Counted from the first letter of the stretch, positions 1-9,758 are shown. The stretch is DNA of 32,000 nt from Copranaerobaculum intestinale (GCF_009831105.1 NZ_WUUQ01000001.1:570001-602000); one strand, 5' to 3'. A program made the numbers and translations. Notes: generated by a model not told the origin, from the letters alone.

Positions 1-593
1 TTTCGCAGTGCCGTTTTGACAAGATCCGGGAGCTGAAGCGCCGCTATGGTTTGCCGGAAGATAAAAAAGTGATATTATATGCTCCGACATGGCGTGATAA
101 CTGTTATAATAGTAAAGGATATACCTTTACCCTGCAGGCTGATTTCAATCGTTGGAAAGAAGTATTGGGGCAGGAGTATATCGTTTTATTTAAACCGCAT
201 TATCTGATCGTGAATACTTTTGACGCGGAAGTTTTAAAAGGCTTCCTGTATCCGGCAGAAGCTGCTTCTGACATCAATGAGCTGTATGTGATGAGCGATC
301 TTTTGATAACTGACTATTCGAGTGTCTTTTTTGACTATACGATACTGAATCGTCCGGTTCTGTTTTATATGTATGACAAGGATACGTATGCGAATGATCT
401 GCGGGGATTCTATTTTGATCTGGAGGAAGTGCTGCCCGGTCCGATCATTGAATCGGAAGATGCACTGCTGAAAGCAATTGTGAATCATCGTTTTGAAATG
501 GAAAAGCTGCCGGCTTTTCATAAGCAATTTCATGTTTGGGAAGACGGGCTGGCTTCCCAGCGAGTCGTTAATACGGTATTTTTACGTAAATGA
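1..593 (+). CDS. CDP-glycerol glycerophosphotransferase family protein (TagB/TagF-like), C-terminal part; 5' end lies outside the window
   Basis: Frame 3 is open from base 3 (SQCRFDKIRELKRRYGLPEDKKVILYAPTWRD...), so the TTG at 51 in the ORF track is internal. YAPTWRD and ITDYSSVFFD motifs are typical of TagB/TagF enzymes. Stop at 591-593. Confidence 0.8.
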   Translation, partial: SQCRFDKIRELKRRYGLPEDKKVILYAPTWRDNCYNSKGYTFTLQADFNRWKEVLGQEYIVLFKPHYLIVNTFDAEVLKGFLYPAEAASDINELYVMSDLLITDYSSVFFDYTILNRPVLFYMYDKDTYANDLRGFYFDLEEVLPGPIIESEDALLKAIVNHRFEMEKLPAFHKQFHVWEDGLASQRVVNTVFLRK

Positions 594-602
594 GGTGAAG
601 CT

Positions 603-1709
603 ATGTCATTAGCCAAGCTTATACTGAATTTAATATTGGGACCAGTTTACTTGCTGAGCAAGTTTTTTCCGGTGCGCAAAAATAAGATTTCCTTTGTATC
701 CTTGAGTTCCGATAAGCTGGAAGGTGATTTTAAAATTCTTGCCAAGAAGCTGGAGGCTAAGGAGCAGTATGAAATCGAATATGTACTGATTAAGTTCAAG
801 CGTACCCTGAGCGGCTGTTTTTCATATTTTTTCTGTTTGCTGCGTCAGGTATATCATATCAATACATCGCATCTGGTGATCCTGGATTCCAATAACTATG
901 CAGTATCCTATTTTAAGAAAAAAGCGGTCAAGGTCATCCAGGTATGGCATGCCTCGGGAGCATTAAAGAAGTTCGGCAATGATGTCGCGCGCAGCTATGA
1001 AATACGCAACTATGATTATGTGCTGGCCTGTTCCGATATTTGGAAACCGTTTTATGCCTCGGCGTTCGGCGTTCGCGAAGATCAGGTAATTTCGACCGGG
1101 ATTCCCCGCACTGATCGTATTTTCAATAAAAAACGGATGAAAAAGTATCACCGTGAAATTCATGAAATCTTTCCCCAGATCAAGGGTAAGAAAGTCATTA
1201 TATTCGCTCCGACATTCCGCGGTAATGTGCTGAAAGATTACACGTATGAGAAGATCGATCTCGATCATATCCGCAAGGTACTAGGAGATGACTATTGTAT
1301 AATTTACAAGATGCATCCGCTGATTCATGAAAGCATTACATCTTTTGACAATATGGTAATTAATGCGAACGATATTAGTATTAAACGATTGTTTGCGGTT
1401 GCGGATTATTTAATTACCGATTATTCATCCATCGTATTTGAATTTTCAGTTTTGAATAAACCGATGCTGTTTTATACTCCGGATCTGAAAACCTATCAGG
1501 AAGAGGTCGGTATGTATCTGGATTATGAATCTACGATGCCCGGGCCGATTTGTTATAATGAGGATGAGCTTCTCGATGCGATCTTAAAGAATGATTTTTC
1601 GCTTGAGGCGATTACGGAATTTCGTAATCAATTTTTCAAATATCAGGACGGACGTTCCACCGTACGGGTCATTCGTTTTATTGACAAGCTCATGCATGAG
1701 GAAGTCTAG
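603..1709 (+). CDS. CDP-glycerol glycerophosphotransferase family protein (TagB/TagF-like), full length, 368 aa
   Basis: GAGGTGA RBS upstream of ATG 603. N-terminal hydrophobic segment, then FAPTFRG and ITDYSSIVFEF motifs paralogous to the upstream gene. Confidence 0.85.
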   Translation: MSLAKLILNLILGPVYLLSKFFPVRKNKISFVSLSSDKLEGDFKILAKKLEAKEQYEIEYVLIKFKRTLSGCFSYFFCLLRQVYHINTSHLVILDSNNYAVSYFKKKAVKVIQVWHASGALKKFGNDVARSYEIRNYDYVLACSDIWKPFYASAFGVREDQVISTGIPRTDRIFNKKRMKKYHREIHEIFPQIKGKKVIIFAPTFRGNVLKDYTYEKIDLDHIRKVLGDDYCIIYKMHPLIHESITSFDNMVINANDISIKRLFAVADYLITDYSSIVFEFSVLNKPMLFYTPDLKTYQEEVGMYLDYESTMPGPICYNEDELLDAILKNDFSLEAITEFRNQFFKYQDGRSTVRVIRFIDKLMHEEV

Positions 1710-1724
1710 GACTTCCTTTTTTTG
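1698..1724 (+). terminator. Rho-independent terminator overlapping the tagB/F stop codon
   Basis: GGAAGTC (1700-1706) pairs with GACTTCC (1710-1716). The TAG stop forms the loop, followed by TTTTTTTG. Confidence 0.6.
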
Positions 1725-1779
1725 TGCGTATAGGGAGAGCAGATAGGACACATAATATGGATAATTCAGGAGGGATTAT

Positions 1780-2475
1780 ATGTATTCTTATGCTAATAAA
1801 CTGCCTATTCGCATTGAAATTGAAAAACCCGATTTCATATTTTTTGAGATCCTGCATTCTCGTATCGGAACCTACCGAGGACTCGCTCAGATTGTCCAGC
1901 TGATGAAATGTACCTTTCTGATTCGTGATCAGCATGTATCGGATACCTTCTCGATGATTGTCGCGCGGGAAATGACCAATATGGAAATATTAGGGGAACT
2001 GATGCAGCTATTGAGAGGGTTAGACGCAAGCTTTGTGGACTGCATCGATTTGAATAATCCGGTTTATGAAGTTGTCCAAAACTGGAGCGGCGGAGAACCG
2101 GCACATGAAAAACCCGTGGAGGATCATGAGATTGCTGATGACCTTTGTGCGATGATCATGCATCAGCAGCAAGTAGACAGTGAATTGATGAAAGAGTATC
2201 AATCATTGATTGAAAAGACCAGCGATCAGGGTGTTATAGCGGTATTGGAATGGCTGGTTTCCGGCAAGGAAACAAATTTGAATCAATGGGGACAACTGAT
2301 GCACCGTATCACATATCCGATCAAGCATAAGGACTTTGGTGAAGGATATCTGAGTGAACAGGGCGGAGAATTGGACAGCGGTAATTATTTTGATCGTCCC
2401 AATCCGTATTTTTTGAATCCGGATGATTTTGACGAACAGGATTATATTAAAGAAAATGAAAGTGAACATTACTGA
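1780..2475 (+). CDS. Ferritin-like / manganese-catalase (CotJC)-like protein with an acidic C-terminal tail
   Basis: AGGAGGG RBS. The N-terminus (YANKLPIRIEIEKPD...) and helix pattern resemble the CotJC/Mn-catalase family as I recall it. The expected metal-ligand positions look substituted (see findings). Confidence 0.5.
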   Translation: MYSYANKLPIRIEIEKPDFIFFEILHSRIGTYRGLAQIVQLMKCTFLIRDQHVSDTFSMIVAREMTNMEILGELMQLLRGLDASFVDCIDLNNPVYEVVQNWSGGEPAHEKPVEDHEIADDLCAMIMHQQQVDSELMKEYQSLIEKTSDQGVIAVLEWLVSGKETNLNQWGQLMHRITYPIKHKDFGEGYLSEQGGELDSGNYFDRPNPYFLNPDDFDEQDYIKENESEHY

Positions 2476-2504
2476 AAGGTAATGTTTTTTTATGATGAAA
2501 TTTC

Positions 2505-2533
2505 TGTCAACGGCTTTACTGGGGTGTTATAAT
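2505..2533 (+). promoter_or_regulatory. Candidate sigma-A promoter (extended -10) for the nucleoside hydrolase/ABC genes
   Basis: TGtTATAAT at 2525-2533. Weak -35 TGTCAA at 2505-2510 with a 17-nt spacer. Confidence 0.3.
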
Positions 2534-2562
2534 ACGTATATACGTACATGTGAGGAAAAACA

Positions 2563-3495
2563 ATGAAGAAACAAAAATTCATATTGGATACCGATCCGGG
2601 AATAGATGACGCTTTAGCAATAGCCTTAGCCTGCCGTCATGCGGATTTGGAACTGCTTGGTGTGTGTGCAGTAGCGGGTAATGCTTTGCTGAGCTGCACG
2701 TATCCCAATGCGAAGAATATAATGAAATTATGTGGGAGAGCAGATGTTCCGGTGCTGCGTGGTCATGATGCTCCGCTTGAAAAAAAGCTTCGCTGCGGAG
2801 ATGACGCGCATGGTATCAATGGCTTGGACGGCTATGAATTCTTAGATCAGCCAAAGCTTCCGGAAACCGAAGAAGCAGTTAATTTTATGATTGACATGGT
2901 TATGCGGTATCCACATGAGGTAACGATTGTGGCGATTGGTCCTTTCACCAATGTTGCCGCGGCCATTCAACAGGAGGAACAGTTCGCGTCTCATGTAAAA
3001 CGGATTCTGGTGATGGGCGGTGCTGTCAATGTGCCCGGAAATGTGTCAGCAGTGGCAGAATTTAATGTGATGAGTGATCCGCTGGCAGCGCAAATCATAG
3101 TGAACAGCGGCATTGATGTATCTTTTATTCCCTTGGATATCACATTACAGACTCGCTTAAAACCAGAGGATCTCGCCGAGATATGTGAAAATGATCATCC
3201 GGTATCAAACTTTTTAAACGCTGTTCTGAAGCATCGTTTTGAAGTGCTGGAAGCGAGGGGTGAGCTTGGGTATCCCATGCATGATCCGCTGACCATCGGA
3301 GCTTTGATTGATCCAAGCTTGATCCAATACGAAGATTATTTCATGCAAATTGAAACGACGCAGGGTGCGCTTGCCGAAGGCATGTGCGTGCTTGATCGCA
3401 GAAGGGAAGCACCAAAGCCGAATGTACACGTTGGAGTCGGTGTGGACAGCGATCGATTTCTGACTTTATACAAGGAGACAATTCGCGGTTATTAG
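2563..3495 (+). CDS. Nucleoside hydrolase (inosine-uridine preferring, IunH/Rih family)
   Basis: N-terminal DTDPGIDDALAI fingerprint of IU-nucleoside hydrolases. 310 aa; GAGGAAA RBS. Confidence 0.9.
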   Translation: MKKQKFILDTDPGIDDALAIALACRHADLELLGVCAVAGNALLSCTYPNAKNIMKLCGRADVPVLRGHDAPLEKKLRCGDDAHGINGLDGYEFLDQPKLPETEEAVNFMIDMVMRYPHEVTIVAIGPFTNVAAAIQQEEQFASHVKRILVMGGAVNVPGNVSAVAEFNVMSDPLAAQIIVNSGIDVSFIPLDITLQTRLKPEDLAEICENDHPVSNFLNAVLKHRFEVLEARGELGYPMHDPLTIGALIDPSLIQYEDYFMQIETTQGALAEGMCVLDRRREAPKPNVHVGVGVDSDRFLTLYKETIRGY

Positions 3496-3507
3496 GACAG
3501 GAGGGGT

Positions 3508-4215
3508 ATGATGAGTGCCTTTATCGAATTTGAAAATGTAAAAAAGATTTATCAAATGGGCGAAGTCCAGATTGAAGCACTGGCCGGCGTCAATTTTAAA
3601 ATTGATAAGGGAGAGTTCGTTGTTATCGCTGGAGCGAGCGGAGCCGGTAAGAGTACGATACTTAATATTTTAGGCGGTATGGACAGCTGCACCTCCGGCA
3701 ATATCTATGTGGACGGCAGCCGCATCAGTGAATACAATGCGAAGGAACTGACAACTTATCGCCGGTATGATATTGGATTTGTCTTCCAATTTTATAATCT
3801 GGTCCAAAATTTAACTGTTGTGGAAAATGTTGAACTGGCAACGCAAATCTGTAAAAATCCTTTAAATATAGATGAGACGATTGCCGCGGTTGGTCTTCAG
3901 GATCGGCGCGGAAATTTTCCGGCGCAGCTTTCCGGGGGCGAACAGCAGCGTGTAGCAATTGCGCGCGCGCTTGCGAAAAATCCGAAACTACTGCTTTGTG
4001 ATGAGCCGACCGGGGCCTTGGACTATAAAACCGGCAAAGCGATTTTGAAGCTGCTTCAGGATACTTGCCGCGAGCATCATATGACGGTTATCGTCATTAC
4101 CCATAATCTGGCGCTTACGCCTATGGGGGATAAAGTCATTCATGTCCGAAACGGTGTGATTGAGAAAGTGGATATCAACGATCATCCGATTCCGGTAGAG
4201 AGTATCGAGTGGTAA
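3508..4215 (+). CDS. ABC transporter ATP-binding protein (MacB/LolD/FtsE-like)
   Basis: Walker [10 protein letters not shown], signature [15 protein letters not shown], Walker [24 protein letters not shown]. Its stop is 1 nt before the permease ATG. Confidence 0.9.
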   Translation: MMSAFIEFENVKKIYQMGEVQIEALAGVNFKIDKGEFVVIAGASGAGKSTILNILGGMDSCTSGNIYVDGSRISEYNAKELTTYRRYDIGFVFQFYNLVQNLTVVENVELATQICKNPLNIDETIAAVGLQDRRGNFPAQLSGGEQQRVAIARALAKNPKLLLCDEPTGALDYKTGKAILKLLQDTCREHHMTVIVITHNLALTPMGDKVIHVRNGVIEKVDINDHPIPVESIEW

Positions 4216-4216
4216 T

Positions 4217-7200
4217 ATGAAGTCGGCATTGTTGAAAGATACCCTTCGCGAAGTAAAAAAATCATTAGGACGCTTTTTATCCATTCTTGCCATTGTGGCA
4301 ATCGGCGTCGCTTTTTTTGCTGGGGTGAAAGCAGCGGTACCGGATATGAAGCATACCGCCGATCAATACTTTGATGATTATAAGCTGGAGGATATGCAGT
4401 TAATTTCCACAATAGGATTTACACAGGATGATGTAGATGCAATAAAAGCTGTGGATGGCGTTGAAGGGGTTATGGCAGTTCATAATATGAATGCCTTGAC
4501 CATCGTTGATAAACGTCAGCTGGTGCTGGCTGTTCATGGTCTGCCTGCTGATTTAAGCGCAGATAATCCCGATTATCTGAATCAGGCCAATCTATTAGCC
4601 GGTCGGCTTCCCAAGCATTCAGGAGAATGCTTGATCGAACAGGGCAAAATCGGATCGGAAATCAATGTAAAGATCGGTGATACCATTCAGTTGACAAGCG
4701 GAACCAATGTTGATATTTCAGAAACGCTGAAGACCGATACGTATAAAGTTGTGGGCATTACATTATCACCATATTATCTTTCTTATCAGAAAGGGACGAC
4801 GAACATCGGAAGCGGTACGATCAATAATTTTATGTTGATACCGGACGCTGATTTTAAAAGTGAATATTTCACAGAATTGAATGTTTCGGTAAAGGGAGCG
4901 CGATCTTTAAATTCGTATGATGATTCATATTTTGATATAATCAAGCCGGTTAAACAAAGAATCAAGGCACTGTCAAAAGATCGCATTGATATGCGCAAGG
5001 AAGAAATCCGAAGCAAGGCAGAAGCGGAAATCAATAAGCAGGAACAGTTGTATACCGCCAACAAAAATACCTTTGATACGCGGATTCAAGATGCGGAAAC
5101 AAAGCTGGAAGATACTCGGATCAAGCTGAAATCCAGCAAGGATGAAATCATTCGGCAGCGCAGCACACTGGAAACGACGTATCAGCAAAATCTCAAGGAG
5201 ATCACAAGCGGTGAAACCCAGCTGAAAGCAAATATGGAGCAGTACAATGCATCCAAGCAGGCACTGGATGATCGGTTCCAAAATGAAATACAACCGAAAC
5301 TGATTCAGCTTCAAAGCAAGCTGGGACAGAATCAGGAGGCTTATCATAAAATTATTGATGCGATCAACAATACAAAAGTAAGCCTGGAAAATGCAAAAGC
5401 GGAAAATCCTCCGGATGAAGCAAAAATCAAAGAATTGGAGAAACAATTGGAAGACTACCAAAATACTTCCAAAGTGATGGAGAAGGACATTGGTGATCTG
5501 CAGAATCAGATTGCGGGCTTAGGAAAAACGTATCATGATGCGAAAGCGAAGCTTGATGGAATCAAGGCACAGCTTGATGCAGCCTCATCTGCGCTGCGGA
5601 CATCCCGCAATCAGTTGGAGCAGGGTAAAGCAGAGGCTTCCGCAGAGCTGGATGTTGCTGAAGCTCAAGTGAAAAGCGGCTGGAAACAGTATAAAAGCGC
5701 AAAAGGAAAACTGCTTGATGAAAAAACCTTAGGACAGCAGGAATTGAACAATGCCAGGGAAAAACTAAACAATGCAAAGTCGTCCATTGATGAATTAGCT
5801 GCTCCAAAATGGTATGTGCTGGATCGCCATTCTCATTACAGTTATATGGACTATGGTTCTGCGGCTGATCGTATGGATGCGATTGCCAAGGTATTTCCGG
5901 TCTTCTTCTTTGTGGTAGCGGCACTGGTTTGTCTGACCACGATGACCCGCATGGTGGATGAGCAGCGTGAAGCGATTGGAACCTTGAAGGCACTTGGCTA
6001 CAGCCGCGGAGCCATCGCTTCTAAATATGTGGCGTATGCTGCTGCGGCAAGCATTATCGGCAGTATTGTCGGTTGTGTCGTCGGTATGATTGTGTTCCCT
6101 ACGGTAATCTTTAATGCTTGGGGACTGATGTATTCTTTGCCGCCGGTGAAGCTTACGGTGCAAATGCCGCTGGCAATGTTAACGACTGCGATTGCGGTTG
6201 TTGTGACAACCGCTGCAGCCTTTATGGCTGTATATAAGGAGTTGGTGGAGACACCGGCACTGCTGATGCGGCCCAAGGCTCCTAAAAACGGTAAAAAGAT
6301 TATGCTGGAGCGGGTAACCTTCTTATGGAAGCATTTTTCCTTTACGGAAAAGGTAACCGCACGCAATATTTTCCGATATAAGAAGCGATTCCTAATGACG
6401 GTCATCGGTATATCCGGCTGCACAGCACTGCTGTTAGCAGGCTTTGGCATTCGCGATTCCATCTCTCAGGTGGTAAGTAAACAGTATGGAAGTATATTCA
6501 AATATGACTTGTCAATAACCCTGAACAGCGGCTTATCACTGTATCAGAAGCATGAAGCTTTGATTGATCTTCAAAAAGACAAGCGTATTCAGGGCATCAT
6601 GCCGATTGCTCAGTATAATGGCAATATTCAGGATGGTAATCAGGATGCTGCGATCACGCTTGTGATACCGAGCGATGTAAAGCAGTATCGTACGTTTACT
6701 TCTTTGCATGAGCGTACTTCACAGAAGGAATTATCACTGTCGGATCATGGTGCGATTATCACCGAGAAGATTGCGTCAAAGCTGCATGTTGGAGCTGGTG
6801 ATACAATTCAGGTGGACAATGGCAGCGGCTCAAAACGCAAAGTGAAAATCATCGGAGTGGTGGAAAACTATATCGATCATTATTTGTATATGAGTCCCAA
6901 GTACTATCGAGAAATCTTCAAAGCACCGGCTTCGGATAACGTATTGATTGCGGATTTAAGGGATGACCGCAAAACGATTGAAAATGCGGTCGGACAAGAT
7001 TTGGTGAAACGAGATGATGTCAGCTCCGTGGTATTCTTTACCGGTATGGCAGAAAGCTTCAATGATACAATTTCATCACTGAATATCGTAACTGTGGTAC
7101 TGGTGATTTCAGCCGGTCTGCTGGCGTTTGTCGTTTTGTATAACCTGACCAATGTCAATGTATCAGAGCGGCTGCGTGAGATTGCGACTATTAAGGTACT

Positions 7201-7480
7201 GGGCTTCTATGATAAGGAAGTATCTGCTTATGTATACCGTGAAAACATCCTGTTAACATGTATCGGGGCAGGCACCGGGCTGCTGTTGGGCATTTTGCTG
7301 CATCGCATCATTATGAGTGTTGCGGAAATGGATACGGTGATGTTCGGCCGTAACATTGAACCGCTCTCATTCCTGTATTCAGTCCTTATCACGATAGGAT
7401 TTGCCTTGATCGTCAATATCGCAATGTATCCGAAACTGAAAAAGATTCCAATGGTGGAATCTTTGAAGTCCGTAGAATAA
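4217..7480 (+). CDS. Fused double FtsX-domain (MacB-type) ABC permease, 1087 aa, with a roughly 280-aa coiled-coil insertion
   Basis: TM1, an extracytoplasmic domain, a long heptad-rich K/E/Q segment (about aa 250-530), then an FtsX TM bundle (MTRMVDEQREAIGTLKALGY). A second TM, extracytoplasmic domain and FtsX bundle follow (NVSERLREIATIKVLGF). Confidence 0.85.
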   Translation: MKSALLKDTLREVKKSLGRFLSILAIVAIGVAFFAGVKAAVPDMKHTADQYFDDYKLEDMQLISTIGFTQDDVDAIKAVDGVEGVMAVHNMNALTIVDKRQLVLAVHGLPADLSADNPDYLNQANLLAGRLPKHSGECLIEQGKIGSEINVKIGDTIQLTSGTNVDISETLKTDTYKVVGITLSPYYLSYQKGTTNIGSGTINNFMLIPDADFKSEYFTELNVSVKGARSLNSYDDSYFDIIKPVKQRIKALSKDRIDMRKEEIRSKAEAEINKQEQLYTANKNTFDTRIQDAETKLEDTRIKLKSSKDEIIRQRSTLETTYQQNLKEITSGETQLKANMEQYNASKQALDDRFQNEIQPKLIQLQSKLGQNQEAYHKIIDAINNTKVSLENAKAENPPDEAKIKELEKQLEDYQNTSKVMEKDIGDLQNQIAGLGKTYHDAKAKLDGIKAQLDAASSALRTSRNQLEQGKAEASAELDVAEAQVKSGWKQYKSAKGKLLDEKTLGQQELNNAREKLNNAKSSIDELAAPKWYVLDRHSHYSYMDYGSAADRMDAIAKVFPVFFFVVAALVCLTTMTRMVDEQREAIGTLKALGYSRGAIASKYVAYAAAASIIGSIVGCVVGMIVFPTVIFNAWGLMYSLPPVKLTVQMPLAMLTTAIAVVVTTAAAFMAVYKELVETPALLMRPKAPKNGKKIMLERVTFLWKHFSFTEKVTARNIFRYKKRFLMTVIGISGCTALLLAGFGIRDSISQVVSKQYGSIFKYDLSITLNSGLSLYQKHEALIDLQKDKRIQGIMPIAQYNGNIQDGNQDAAITLVIPSDVKQYRTFTSLHERTSQKELSLSDHGAIITEKIASKLHVGAGDTIQVDNGSGSKRKVKIIGVVENYIDHYLYMSPKYYREIFKAPASDNVLIADLRDDRKTIENAVGQDLVKRDDVSSVVFFTGMAESFNDTISSLNIVTVVLVISAGLLAFVVLYNLTNVNVSERLREIATIKVLGFYDKEVSAYVYRENILLTCIGAGTGLLLGILLHRIIMSVAEMDTVMFGRNIEPLSFLYSVLITIGFALIVNIAMYPKLKKIPMVESLKSVE

Positions 7481-7766
7481 CGACGTAATCTAAGGCTGCT
7501 ATCGGATTGTAAAAGTGTTGCATCATGGGGGGCAAGTTCAATACAATAGCTTCCTCCCCAATAAAAAAATATTTGTTGGAATGTGCAAGTGGCAATAAAC
7601 GAGGTAATTACCGGAAGGTGGAACTGGAGTTTTCATGTGCATATCCAAAGGGTGAAATATTAACATTTTGATAAACATCTCGCTTAAAAATGTAATCTAA
7701 AATATTCAGGTAGTATGCGTTTTATATCATGATAAAAAAGGGAACTGCATTCTGTTGTCTCGGCAA

Positions 7767-8267
7767 TCAGCGGTTCTCTTTTTTCTTCAGGTTGAAATGC
7801 TTCACAATATTCATGAAGCGCGGATGCAGAATTGCAGCGATGATGATCCCGAATAGACCTTGTGCTGCATTCATCAAGAGTCCGGCGGCAGCAGCTTCTG
7901 CCTGCTGATACAAAAACCAGTCACATAAAAAATAACCGATTAACATCCACAGGGCTGCAGCCATGATGGAGAATAATGGACGAACGTGAAGCCGCTGATA
8001 TAGGACAGCGACCAGCAGTCCCTCAATTCCTTTGATGAAAAGCGTAAAGACAGCGTATTGCATGTAACCGCCGCTTATATCGGCTAAAGCACTGCCGATG
8101 CCGCCGCATAAGAAAGCCGTAAATGGCGATAAAGCAGAAGCAAACAGAAATATCAGCGCATCTCCGAGATTGAAATAGCCGTATGCAGATGGTATTTTAA
8201 TAAACATCGTTGTAACAAAGATAAGAGCTGCGCCTAATGCAGCGAGTATCGACTCTTTATGCCTCAT
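7767..8267 (-). CDS. ECF-transporter S-component-like membrane protein (substrate unknown)
   Basis: About 5-6 hydrophobic helices. GYFNLGDALIF and GGIGSALADI motifs resemble ECF S components. I prefer ATG at 8267, 5 nt after the MATE stop; the TTG at 8288 in the ORF track is an alternative. Confidence 0.55.
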   Translation of the reverse strand: MRHKESILAALGAALIFVTTMFIKIPSAYGYFNLGDALIFLFASALSPFTAFLCGGIGSALADISGGYMQYAVFTLFIKGIEGLLVAVLYQRLHVRPLFSIMAAALWMLIGYFLCDWFLYQQAEAAAAGLLMNAAQGLFGIIIAAILHPRFMNIVKHFNLKKKENR

Positions 8268-8272
8268 AGCGA

Positions 8273-9613
8273 TTACCGATAAAGCCAATGGGCTTTTTTA
8301 TAATAAACATACATACAGATACAACTGGCAAGCCAGGTCAGTGTATATCCCCAGAACACTACACGAATATCATGAAAAATCGGCATCATGGAAAGAATCC
8401 AGGCCATACGCAGGAAGCACCAGCAGCATACCATGACAATCATCGGTACCGTGGTGAGGCCGGCTCCGCGGATCACGCCGCTGAGAGCGTGCGAAATAGC
8501 CAGAAAAAGATAACCAGGTACGACCGTACGCATCATAAGTATTCCATAATACAGCACCTTCTCATCTTCGGAGAAGATTCTTAATATATTCGGGGCAAAC
8601 AGAAAAAGGATCAGTGCAATGGCTGCCGTAACCGAGCAGCTCATAATCATGCCGGTCTTAGCGCCCTGCTTGACCCGATCATACTTTTTGGCGCCCATGT
8701 TTTGTCCGACAAAGGTTGTCATAGCCATTGAGAAGCTCATGACCGGAAGTATCGCAAAGCCGTCGATTTTTGTATAGGAACCACATCCTGCCATGGCACT
8801 GGCACCGAAGCTGTTGATATTTTTTTGAACGATAACATTGGAGAATGATACAATCGCATTTTGAATGCCGCTTGGAAGACCGATCCGGATGATGCTGATC
8901 AGCATATCCTTTTTCATTTTGATGTCCTTTAGGATAACCCGGTATTCCGCCTTAGAACGAATCAGCAAGATCATCGTTAAAACAGCACTCAGACATTGTG
9001 AGATCAGCGTAGCCCACGCTGCTCCGGCAATGCCCATATCCAAGGTCACAACAAAGATCAGATCCAAAACAATATTGGTTAGGGAAGAAATAATCAAAAA
9101 GTATAAAGGATTTTTAGAATCACCGATCGCCCGCAGAATGCCGCTTCCCATATTGTAAAGCATGACTCCCAGTATTCCTAAAAAGTATATTTGCAGGTAA
9201 AGAACAGAATTGTCCATGACTTTAGCCGGGGTGCCTACCAGCTCCAGCACAAGCGGAGAAGCGAGATAGCCGAATATCGTCATGAAGATACCTACTACCA
9301 GAGTGAGGGCAATAGATGTATGTACCGCATCGTGCAGCTTTTCCTGATCTCTCGCACCGAAATAACGGGAGATGATGACTCCGGCTCCAATTGACAGACC
9401 CATAAAGAAGCTGACCAGCAGATTGATAATCGGGTTGCTGGAACCGACCGCAGCCAGGGCGTTCTTGCCGCAGAAGTTACCGACAATGATTGAATCCACG
9501 GTATTATAAAGCTGCTGAAATAAGTTTCCCAGCAGCAGTGGAATCGAGAAAAATAACAGCTCTTTCCAGATGACTCCTTCAGTCATCAGTCCTTTTTTTA
9601 TTGTGTTTTCCAT
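8273..9613 (-). CDS. MATE family efflux transporter
   Basis: 446 aa, 12 predicted TM helices. N-terminal WKELLFFSIPLLLGNLFQQLYNTVDSIIVG is the MATE signature. AGGGGTGA RBS. Confidence 0.9.
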   Translation of the reverse strand: MENTIKKGLMTEGVIWKELLFFSIPLLLGNLFQQLYNTVDSIIVGNFCGKNALAAVGSSNPIINLLVSFFMGLSIGAGVIISRYFGARDQEKLHDAVHTSIALTLVVGIFMTIFGYLASPLVLELVGTPAKVMDNSVLYLQIYFLGILGVMLYNMGSGILRAIGDSKNPLYFLIISSLTNIVLDLIFVVTLDMGIAGAAWATLISQCLSAVLTMILLIRSKAEYRVILKDIKMKKDMLISIIRIGLPSGIQNAIVSFSNVIVQKNINSFGASAMAGCGSYTKIDGFAILPVMSFSMAMTTFVGQNMGAKKYDRVKQGAKTGMIMSCSVTAAIALILFLFAPNILRIFSEDEKVLYYGILMMRTVVPGYLFLAISHALSGVIRGAGLTTVPMIVMVCCWCFLRMAWILSMMPIFHDIRVVFWGYTLTWLASCICMYVYYKKAHWLYR

Positions 9614-9758
9614 CTATTTCACCCCTAATAATGATATTTTTAGTATACTACTAACCATATGTAATGAAAAGACTGAAATTCTATGAAAACAGTTTCAGTC
9701 CTATTAGAGAAAGTAAATGCGTGATATAATAGTCCAGTAAATCGGAAAGGGGATTCGC

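Noticed and set aside
4786-5461. Minus-strand ORFs (92 and 162 aa) opposite the coiled-coil region
   Set aside because: These are mirror frames of a repetitive K/E/Q-coding segment. Their Leu/Phe/Ile-rich products carry no motif or translation signals.
5562-6462. Three long minus-strand ORFs (122-154 aa) inside the FtsX permease gene
   Set aside because: They are antisense to a strongly supported 1087-aa gene. They have no RBS, and their Pro/Arg/Ser-rich composition is typical of antisense frames of membrane and coiled-coil genes.
7527-7575. GGGGGG...CTCCCC hairpin in the 286-bp convergent gap after the permease gene
   Set aside because: It is followed by an A-run on the plus strand and has no U-tract on either strand directly after the stem. 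It is not convincing as a terminator, and I could recognise no riboswitch-like conservation.
8288-9394. Plus-strand ORFs opposite the MATE gene
   Set aside because: They are antisense to a 12-TM transporter gene with a good RBS, and their composition is biased and non-protein-like.
9671-9700. 10-bp-stem hairpin (GACTGAAATT/AGTTTCAGTC) in the MATE/DMT divergent region
   Set aside because: It could be a leader attenuator for the MATE gene, since TTTTCATT follows on the minus strand. However, I could not place a convincing MATE promoter upstream of it, so its role is undetermined.
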